NCBI GenBank assembly: GCA_036172245.1
Contig: JAYWIR010000007.1
Coordinates: forward strand, 5,208,001-5,272,000
DNA from: Raillietiella orientalis
Lineage: Eukaryota
Direction: 5' to 3'
Length of the DNA stretch: 64,000 nt
Shown: positions 1-9,287 of the stretch, one piece after another
How the letters are laid out: every line of letters starts with the position of its first letter
Numbering within the stretch: position 1 is the stretch's first letter
Program-made: the position numbers and the translations under genes
Notes under the pieces: generated by a model
Database searches by the model: none
What the model was told of the DNA's origin: nothing
The model's input: only the letters and a program-made list of their open reading frames with translations

Positions 1-35
1 TGGATGAACTCCTTCAGGTCCAGCGAGTGCGCGTC
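1..35 (-). CDS. iGluR exon 6 (partial)
   Basis: cccgcag|GAC GCG CAC TCG CTG GAC CTG; DAHSLDLKEFI continues the conserved 'T.LD.H.LDL' motif. Confidence 0.85.
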
Positions 36-3000
36 CTGCGGGGGAAACCCATTTTCTCCCGCCTTTCTCCTCCCTTTCCGTCCCCACCAGGTTCGTGAAG
101 ATGTAGTTGTGGTAGGGGGTCAGCATCTCCAGCCTGCGGGCTGCCTCCAGGACGGGACGCACTTCCTGCAGGCTGCAGTCCACAATGATGTGCGTCTCCC
201 CGATCTTCTTCAGGTGCTTGAGCAGGGGTCTGGAAGAGGGGCTTATCGGCCAGAGGGCCGGAGGGGACGACCCCGGGTCACGGGGACCCAGGACAGGGGA
301 GGGGCCCCTCACCCGTAGTCCCCGCCGTCGGCGCGGAGGGAGCGCACAGTGATGCGCATGTGATCGTCGGGACTGCTGTGCTGCAGCAGCTCCTTCAGCC
401 GGAGGAGGCCCTCGGGAGATTCGTACAGCAATGCGTACCGGTCCCACTTCCAGGAGCGCACCAGCTGGGTGAGGAGCTGCGAAAAGGAGTAAGGAGGGGG
501 GGGGAGGGTCAGGTTGGGGCGCGCGCGAGCGCTGCTCACCTTCGCCAGAGAGCTGGGGTGCGGGTAGAGGTTGACGAAGAACTGGTCCTCCCGGATGGAC
601 CGAAAGTCCTCCCTGGTCTCGATGTGGGGGATTTCCAGGGCGTCGCACACGGACTGCACGTGCACGGAGCTCGCGGGACTGCTGGGACCCAGCAGCGCCC
701 CGATGCCCCACCTCGCCAGGGTGCACGCTGGGGGGAGGGGGAGGGGAGCGCATCGCAGACGTGTCCGAAGAAGGGTCGCCTTGGATCCCTCCCTCCTCCT
801 CCTCCTCCTTCCTACCTTTCCTGGACGCCTTGAAGCTGTCCCCGTACGTGGCGTTCTCGCCCACGGCGTAGAGCCGGGACTTGGGCAGAAGCTTGCTGCG
901 CTCGTTCGTGAACTCCACCGAGTGCCGGACGGCCGCCTCGTCCAGCTCGCTGCCTGAGTCGAAGAGCGTCCCTGCAAAGACGTTCCTGCAGAGGGTTCAC
1001 CGGTCCGGAGGAAAGCCCTGGCGGGGGAGACCCCAAGATGGAGGAGGTGGGAAAGGGGCTCCCCCCGTCTGCAAAGAGGGAGGGACGGACGCGGCTGTAG
1101 TTTCGCCACCGGAAAGCGGACTGCTGCCGCTACGACGATGGCGCGCGCACATTTCGCGGTCCTCGCAACGACGCCCCCGATCCGTCGGCCCACTTCTTCC
1201 TCCCCCTCTTCCCTCCTTCCGCAAGGATGGATGATGTCGCCGGGCACACCTCCGGTTTCGCGAGTAGGGAGGTCTGAGGGGAGGCGGAGAGAAGAGCGAA
1301 AACCCCTTCCCTCAGGACCCCTTCTCCTGGGGCGGAGGAAGAAACCAGTGGTGGTAAAGGTCCCGGGCCGGGGCCGTTCCAAAACGGATGCGACTCGAAC
1401 GGCGGATCAGAATGCGACTCACAGGGCTGGTCCGGAAGAGGTGCTCTGGAGAAAGCGCTCCTCGACCCTGAGAACCGAGCATCACCAAGATGGCCGCGGC
1501 GGGTGGCATTCCACCAAAGAGGGAGGAGCAGAGCGGATGGATTTTCTTCTACTTGGTGCATGGCCGCGCAGGAGCTCCCCACCTCAACGGGGGGAAGGAG
1601 GGAATGAAGGGAAGGGTATAAGAGGGATACGAGCACGCCGGCAGTTTCTGGACCTGCCTGCCACCTCTCGAGCACTCGGGTAGGGACCGCTCCGCTCCAC
1701 CTCGTGACAGGGCTGGGGTTGTCACTGCGCAGGCGTGGAGGCCGCCACAGAGGCGCGAGCTGCGAGCTCGGAAGCTTCGCTCTGCCGACGAAACGGCGAC
1801 GCGGGTAAGCAAAAAATTCCGACCCCCTTCCCTTCCCCGCCGCCTTGCCGAACCTGTGGGTTGACTTGCAGGGGTGGCGCTGACAGGAGCGGCCTGCAGC
1901 GACGGGCGAACGTGATCTCTCGATGGCCACCGAAGCGCACGGCGACGGAACAGTTCGAAAAGTACATAAACAAGCAGAGCAGGAGAGAAAGGAAAGGATT
2001 CCCTGATCGCGAAGAGGGAGCACTCCAGGAATGGAAGGGGAAGACAGCAGCCAAATTCCTTTCGCGCGCGCGGGGAACGAAGAGCATGGCTGCCGGGCAA
2101 TCCTAGACACCGGCTGATCGATCGACCGTTTCGGAAACGCGCGCGACCTTTTGGATCCGGCAACGCATCTATCGTGGGGGGAGGGGGGCAGAGAGACCCG
2201 GGAAGAGACTCCGATGGAGCAATAACCACCCCATCCGAATCGTACTGAGCGCACGTCAAAACGAGCAGGAGGAGGAAATAAAAATAAACTGCTCTCCCTG
2301 GAAAGGCGACCCTTGCCAAGACAAGCCGTCAGGAGGAAAACCAAATCAAAACGCTGGTAGGCAAACTTCTGGTCTTTCAATTCCGTCGGACTCGCGCGAG
2401 TCTCGTATAACCCGAACACGCATCCCGGAATCCTTATAAAGTGTGGAGGAAAATAGAGGATCCGGAACTCGTTATTACTTCTGGGAGGGCGGTCGTCCGG
2501 CATAAAAGCTGGAGCCAACGTCACGTGGTAGTCTAACTCATTTCTCTGGAAGAGGAGGGGGAGAAGGGGGGAGGGGAGATGCGCGTTGGTTGCTGGAATC
2601 CACTCATCAATCGATGTATAAGGGAACCGTATCTATGGTCAAGTTTTTCTGAATGGATAACCGGGTGGATGATACACTGGAGGAGATGTAGGAGCGCCGC
2701 CACATGCGAGCCGACAGTGTGTGAGGGCTTCCCTTCTTTTTAACCAGGCTCCGGGCGTGTGAAAAAAAAAAAAAAAAAAGGTTCATCAAAAACAGTGTGA
2801 AGGCCCTCGAAACAGGGCACGGGCCGATGCTCTCCAATCTCACAAAGGAGCAAAGACTGCGACGTAGTGAACAGCAGCTCCTTTAATTCCGGAAAATCCA
2901 TCCTTAGCGCATGATCTTTTTCTTCCTCCCCGTCATGGAGCGGCTCGCCATCGGCGCTCTTTACATCACGAGCCGACTGCCCCTGGTGTTGTACACGCAG

Positions 3001-6000
3001 AGGCAGTTGCCTCGAGCAGATCGGGGCAAAAATAATCGGGTGCCGGAACACCAACAGCGAGTGACCTCTCCAGCGAAAATCCCGAGTGTCGCTCTTCGGC
3101 TTTCATCGAGCAAGTGACTTCTCCGTAGACGAATGTAAGCAAAGCCATCCATCAGTCTCTTGGAGGAACTTCCACAGAAATGAGCATCCGGGACATGCCA
3201 AAACAAAGTGTTGCCACATCCTCAGTAATAAATTTGAAATAACAAAAGGATTATTGCCTTCCATTTCATGGATCTCAAGAGCTGGAGGAGTTCCACTCAC
3301 TACGAAACCGGACGGACCACTTCCTGTTTCTGCGACGAGTGCTTTCTGATTCCCTCAATCATCATACCTGTTGTTTTCGATGATAATTACAAATCTTCCT
3401 GAACATCACCTGAATGAAGTAAATGAGGTGATTCACATGGCTGCCTGAAGAATAATAAGGGATGAGTCTGGATAACTGAGTTAAAGTGTTGTCGTGGCAA
3501 GCAGACATCATGATGCTCTGTGAGTGATGCTCACGAGGCACTGTTTGGCACAAAATATGACACTATTTGGACTAGTCTGAAATCGGGTGTTTTTCACCTT
3601 TCATAAGGTGGTCACCTTTCGCTTTCGTTTTCAAGTAGTAAGGAAATAATTGAGTGGCTCGAGAGGCACGCACGTGCCTTATTCACAGCATCACACTTCT
3701 TGCCGGACCGTGCTGACCGCGAAATACAACGTCCATGTCACGATATCACTCGGATTTGACCTTAGGTCACCCACATGCTTGGTTCCTTGACCGTGGTGCC
3801 CGCGTCGGAGGCCATGTGGTTACGGTGGTCTCTCGCCGCTTGGTGGTGCCACGGAGAGGGAGGCTTGCAGGACCACGAGGACTTCCGAACACGTGCACAC
3901 GCGGTTTCCGCGCAGGAGCCATGTGGTCAGGATTTCGGCGCGAGGCACCACCAAGCGTCGTGGGTCCGAATACTCCGAAAGGAATCGGCCCAGTGCGTCG
4001 TGGGTTCCGAGTTCACCCCACAAGATGACGCTGGCTGGCCTACATTCATCCGGGTGAGGCATTGGTAGCGGTTCAAACCGGATGTCCCTGATGAGGGCCG
4101 GGGCAAATGGGAGTCGACCTCCGGGTCCCTCCAGGAATCACGGAGTGGGAGCTTCCCTCCGGTTGTGAAGGAGTGGATCCCCCATTTCCGGGAGGAACCC
4201 CTTCGCGTCGTACTGATGGAGTAGGTGTGTCTCGCCACCACCTCTCCAGAGAGTGCAGAGAAGCGAGCCGATCCCTTCGGGGAAGCTGCGTTCTTCTGAA
4301 TTTCCGGAGCGTCCCTTCTGGGTTCTCTTCAGAGGAGTAAAAACACGAGCGGATCCCTTGCGGGGGATCCCTCCGGAGAAGAAATTCCAGGATCGAATCC
4401 TTCCCGCGTTCCCTTTAGAGAAGAAGCAATGGAGCGGATTCGCCGGGAGTCCTCCGAAGAGAATAAGGAAGGAGATTCTCTTCTGAATTCCCCTTCGGAG
4501 ACAACCAGGGTGGAGTTGATCTCCATTTCCGGGGATTCCTCCCCAGGCGTGAGAGGAACGGACTCCGAGTCCTTACTGGATTTATAGGGAGGACCCCTCC
4601 CGAAGTGCCTACCCCCTATCTTGGAGAATTGGACGCACCTTCGAGTTGCGTGGAACCGTGTCGAAGAATTGCGAAGGCAGAAAAGAACGGATTTCCATCA
4701 TTTCAGCATTTGTAGTGCATCTCCACGGTACGTTCGTGGCACAGAATTGTACACCCGCAATGGCAAGCATTTTGCTCCAATCGCGCATTTTCTGATACCT
4801 GTGACAAGGTGTCAGAGAACACCTTTTCTGAATGGGGTCGGTCAGTTGGATCCCTGGGTATCCGTAGGCAACGTTGGGAGCCGAGCCGAAGAAAAGCAGC
4901 CTTAAGCGAAGAAGCCAAACCTTTCAAAAAGTGAGAATCGGGGATTCGATGGACGAAATGGAGGCCGAGGACGCAGAGGAGGAGTGATGAATGGCTGTTG
5001 GCTTACTTGGCGAAATGTCTCTGATTCCATGAGACACGTAAATGAGTATCTACTGCTCGGGGGGATGGGGGAACAAAAAAAAAAGCCGATAGCAATAAGC
5101 AGGGATACCATAACTACAACAAAAGTGCTCTGGCGGATGTTCAGATTTATTTTCCGTCATAACTGAGATGTTTTATTAATTTCTGCCTCGTCATGCGATG
5201 AATTCGAGAGAAGGAGTTCTCCTTATTTTTGTGAAACCTTGATTGCGACTGCGTCCCTCCAATCAAAAAGCCCCGCTGAGGAAACGGGATCAGCAGAGGA
5301 GGCATGCACAGAAGTTCTGTGTACAACGGATGTATAATGGATGCGTTTGATGCATGATTTAAAATTCACGACAAGCAGGTAGTACGGTCGAAAACGCATC
5401 TGCTCCGAGCTGGTAGAAACCCCCACGCCAGAAAGCATAGGGGCTTCGGCGCAGCAGCAGGAACTCGCGCGCGGATTTCGAGACCCAGGTAATTACGAAA
5501 GCTCCGTGTGTGCGATCGGATCCACCAGCGCCGGTCCTCCAACCGAGGTCGCGCCATCATGCGTGCTAAGACTATGATTCCTCGCGGAGGTGGCGACGGC
5601 GCTTTTCCTGCCTGAAGCAGTCCAGCGTTTTTCCGTTGCTGCGCCATCCGCGGCGACCCGCGCAGTCACTCCTCTCCCCTCCCCCTCCCCTCCTTAGCGC
5701 GCGGCGTATTTATTACCTCTCGGACTCCGCGGACGTTGGCGCCGAGGTGCGGGCAGCGCCTCGTGCAAGCCAGAAGGCAGCGGCCGACGAGTGCCGTCGT
5801 CCCTCTTTGGTGATGACAGTCGATTTCTACCCCACGTGGTCCAGGATGCTTTCGGATGGTCCGCGCGGGATCGAATTTTTTCTGGTACTCGCGCGCTTCC
5901 CGCTCATCATCCGTGCTTCTCGTCTCGGCACGCTCAGTTGCCGCAATTCGCCGACCGCATCAACCAGAACCGCAATGGGTTTCCTCCAGAATCCCTCGAA

Positions 6001-7071
6001 GCGACCTCGTGACGGCGCACCGAGGCCACTTGGAGTGCCGAGCTCCGGAATTTTTCCCGAGTGAGGTGGGATTGGGGGGGAGGAGAGGGGAGGGGGACGC
6101 GCGCGCTCGGAGGCGTCGCCTTCGTTCTACCCGGTCGATTCGCGCTCTCGCCGTGCCACCCTGTCCTCTCGCTCGAAGGAGGGATGTGGTCCTCGAGCAG
6201 AAGTACCGCCGCCGGAGATGCACTTTCGCCATCGCACGCATGCCGGAGGAGGAGGATGGAAGCGGGGGATGCCTGCGTGGACGATCGCTCTCATCGACTG
6301 GCCGGTTCCCCATGGTGTCGGTCGGCCCTGCGGACTCGTCTGGCTCGGTAGAGGAGGAGGAAGGCGGCGATCGAAATCCGACTCTCCGGGTCCGTCGTCG
6401 GGGAGAAGGCAGGGGCTGTCCTCGATGGACTCAAGGGACTTAGGGGTGAACTCCCATCCCCCATCCCCTTCCCTGAAGAGACATTAGGAATTCGGATCCG
6501 AGGAACAGCGGGCTGCAAAGAAGCAGCGCCCGAAGAGCTTGGCAGCCTTGCAGGACGGAGCCACTCCCGGGATTCCCGGCACGGAACCTTGCCGAGTCCA
6601 GAGGCCGAAGCTCCAGGATGCCTTTCTTCCCCTTCTTCCTGCTCTCCTCGTCCCTCCCACTCCGCCCAATGCCTTCTCTCGGTCCAGAAAGCCTTTCCTC
6701 TCCCATCTTCCTCCTCTGTCTTTTTCCCATCTTCTGCCATCCGGAAGCTGAGAATCTACCAGTCGCGGCGGCGGCCGCAGCGAGAGCGCGCGTCACCGAT
6801 GCTGATGCGGGTGGAGCACACGGGAGTCTACGGGCGCAGCACCAGCGGCCGCGCAGGGGCCGACCTCTAGTTTTGCACCCTCAGCCCCTCCCTCCATCCC
6901 GCCCCGTCTCCTCGCAACAGAGGAGCCGACCCTCCACTTACCGATGCGTATCAGCTCTGGCACGCCTGCATGGCAACCGGAGCAGAGAAGGACTGCCACC
7001 AGCACCACCGCCGCCAACGGCACCGGCGGGGGCGCCTCCTCTCGCACGTCCCCAGAAGAGAAGGCGTGCAT
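1..7071 (-). CDS. Ionotropic glutamate receptor, kainate-type (GRIK/KaiR-like), 5' part; exons 7071-6942, 971-816, 727-540, 476-313, 229-88, 35-<1; truncated at window edge
   Basis: Spliced translation MHAFSS...PLAAVVLVAVLLCSGCHAGVPELIRIGTLFD...DSFKASRKACTLARWGIGALLGPSSPASSVHVQSVCDALEIPHIETR...FVNLYPHPSSLAK...SWKWDRYALLYESPEGLLRLKELL...ETHIIVDC...YHNYIFTNLDAHSLDL has the typical motifs of the kainate-receptor amino-terminal domain. All introns are GT..AG with matching phases (1,1,0,2,0). Subtype cannot be assigned. Confidence 0.92.
88..229 (-). CDS. iGluR exon 5 (ATD)
   Basis: cttccag|A CCC CTG...AAC CTG|gtgggg; PLLKHLKKIGETHIIVDC...MLTPYHNYIFTNL. Confidence 0.92.
313..476 (-). CDS. iGluR exon 4 (ATD)
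   Basis: ttttcgcag|CTC...TAC GG|gtgagg; LLTQLVRSWKWDRYALLYESPEGLLRLKELL. Confidence 0.92.
540..727 (-). CDS. iGluR exon 3 (ATD)
   Basis: cccccag|CG TGC...GCG AAG|gtgagc; ACTLARWGIGALLGP...VQSVCDALEIPHIE...VNLYPHP. Confidence 0.93.
816..971 (-). CDS. iGluR exon 2 (ATD)
   Basis: ctttgcag|GG ACG CTC TTC GAC...AGG AAA G|gtagga; TLFDSGSELDEAAVRHSVEFTNERSKLLPKSRLYAVGENATYGDSFKASRK. Confidence 0.9.
3849..4673 (+). mobile_element. Interspersed repeat, copy 1 (diverged), in iGluR intron 1; may extend left to ~3735
   Basis: Colinear similarity to 8520-9287 (e.g. GGAGGCTTGCAGGACCACGAGGACTTCCGAACAC, GAGGCACCACCAAGCGTCG, CCCTTCGGAGACAACCAGGGTGGAG, GGATTTATA) and the same right end GCGTGGAAC..TGTC.AAGA..TGCG. 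No transposase or RT ORF. Class unassigned. Confidence 0.75.
6942..7071 (-). CDS. iGluR exon 1 (signal peptide)
   Basis: ATG at 7071, hydrophobic stretch LAAVVLVAVLLCSGCHA, ends ...IRI G|GTAAGT (phase 1), joining in frame to 971. Confidence 0.8.
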
Positions 7072-8519
7072 CCTCGCCCGCGCGCACCGCCCAGCCTGCC
7101 GCGCGCTTCCCGCGCGTAGTCGCGATTGAAATGGGTCCAACGCGCCCTTGCGCGAGAGCACGGCAGCCCTGCCGTTTAAAAATACGCCCCTCCCTCCCTC
7201 CCCTCTCCTGCTCCCGACGACGATCCCGGCGACCTTCCTCTGGTTGGCACCAAGAGCCGCCGCCGCGCTCTGCTGATGCGACAGGACGAAAGGGCATCGT
7301 CGCCGACGCCCGGGGTCGGGCGCGGGCGCAAGTCAGACGCCCCTCCCTCCTTCCCTCCCTCTGCTCGTCCGGTGGAGGGATGCGCCTCTTTTCGGAGCGG
7401 CGAGCAGGCAACGCGCCAGCAGCAGCCGGAGAGGGGCATCCGAGGACTTGACCTCCTTCGTCTCTTCCGCGGTACGCCTGTGGACTCCGTTCCTCGCCCC
7501 CTCCCCTTCCTATGAGACGGATACCCAGGGGCCAGGAATGACTAGGCCCTTGGAGCGAGGAAGAGGAGTTCAGCCGAGCGCCTCAGGGGTTCGTCAGTTC
7601 TGCGGAGCACCCTGGAGGGTGACGACCCCGGGGAGGAGGCGAGCATGGAGCGCCATGGACGGGAGCAACACTCAGCCCCCGTAGGAGCGCGACATGAGGG
7701 GCAACGCAATTGCAGCAAGCGACTGCCTTGGGAGGGGAGGGAAACGCCGCTGTCGAAGCAGATGAGGTCGCGGGCGGGTCAGAAGAAAAGTAGCCTTCGG
7801 TTAAGGCTACTTTTCTTCTGTATACTTCCTCCCGGAGTATGCAGAGGAACGAAAGTGAAGGGGGAGGTCGCTGCCGCTGCCCTTGATCAACCGCACAGCT
7901 CGGCCCAGAGCCGCCTCTCCCGACCGTGAAAGTGCTTCCTGCTTCTCGGGATCCTCCTCCCCCTCTCCAGCGCTTCCGCGTGGGAGGGGCGCAAGCGCGT
8001 CAGCAGCAGCAAACAGACGAGCGGCCATCCTCGTCTGTTTGCTGCTGCTGACGTTCTTCGCGAGAACGGTGATCGATCGGGCTTGGTATTGCTGTTCCGC
8101 AGCTCGTCGTCGCTGCTGCTGCAGTGGAGGCAGCAGCAGCAGCTGGCTTAAGACGGTGGGGCACGCTACCGGACGCACCTCGGGTCACGGAGCGTAGGTG
8201 CGAGACCGTTCCCTCCAGCCCCCTTAGCGACGCAGCAGCGGAAGGGGCACCTCCTCCGGGGTGGCCCCGCGGCGCGCCTTCTCTACAGGGATGGTCGTGG
8301 TTTTTTTTCCCAAAGGTTAACACCGACATCTAGAGAGTTTCCGAAGGTCCAGGGTGGGCATTTCCCGAAGCGACGCGTGTGCTCAAGAGCTCGTGGGAGG
8401 GGAAAAGCAGGAGAGGGGGGGGGGGAGCAGGGGGAGAGCTCCTCTGGAGCTGGGTTCCAGTCGGCGTTCCCCTCGCCAAGAGACACTCGATCTTCTCGTA
8501 AGCAAACCCAACACGGCGT

Positions 8520-9287
8520 CCACGGAGAAGGAGGCTTGCAGGACCACGAGGACTTCCGAACACGCGCACACGCGGTATCCGCGCCGGAGCCATGTGGTCA
8601 GGGTTTCGGAGCGAGGCACCACCAAGCGTCGCGGGTTCGAATACTTGGGACGAATCGACGCCGAGAGATGGGGGTGCGCCGTGGGTTCGAGTTCCTCCCG
8701 CTAGATGCCACGCCGGTTGGCCTCTATTCATTTCGGTGCGGCACCGGCAGAGCGGTTCAATTTGGTGTGCCCACGATGAGGGGCCGGGATCGAGAGTCGA
8801 CCCTCCGGGGTCCTCCCAGGAAACAGAATCAAGGAGTCCCTCCTCCCTGCGGTTGTGCAAAGGGGACCATCTCCCTTCCCCTCCTCCTTCGTGGATGGAC
8901 ACTCCGTCTCGCACCATAGAGCTGGTGGATTGATGATGCCTCTCCAGAGCGCAAAGAAGCGCGCCGCTCCCTTCGGGGAGCGCGCTTCCGAGAAAATTCG
9001 GAAGCGTCCCTTGGGGATTCTCTTCAGAGGAGCAAAGAGGAGCGGTTCCCTTGCGGGTTCGCTTCGGAGAGAATAAGGAAGGGGATTCCCATCGGGGTTC
9101 CCTTCGGAGACAACCAGGGTGGAGGTTTCCCTTCGGAGATCCCTCCCCTGGCGTTAGTGGCACGGGACTCCCTTCTCCGGAGCGCCTTCCTGGATTTATA
9201 AGGTGGTCCTCTCCCGAGGTCCGACCCCCTACCCTGAAGAGTTATACGCACCCACGGGTGGCGTGGAACGGTGTCAAAGAGCTGCGT
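8520..9287 (+). mobile_element. Interspersed repeat, copy 2, upstream of iGluR exon 1
   Basis: 8579-9287 is near-identical (about nine differences by eye) to the reverse complement of 49219-49926, and is homologous to 3849-4673. Confidence 0.85.

Noticed and set aside
2200..2319. Signal-peptide-like stretch (VYFYFLLLLVLTCAQ) in iGluR intron 1 as an alternative first exon
   Set aside because: No ATG (TTG start) and no suitable phase-1 GT donor after it.
1130..2524. 464-aa minus-strand ORF, and similar long ORFs (20108-21463, 52769-53857, 54447-55448, 24639-25595)
   Set aside because: Low-complexity R/P/S/G-rich translations, several crossing homopolymer runs, with no recognisable domain; expected in GC-rich intronic DNA.
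3100..3270. MKWKAIILLLFQIYY* signal-like peptide in an AT-richer patch
   Set aside because: Immediate stop, no donor site and no recognisable homology.
4088..4094. CTGATGA as a hammerhead ribozyme core in repeat copy 1
   Set aside because: No following stem II/GAAA, and the motif is not conserved in copies 2 and 3.
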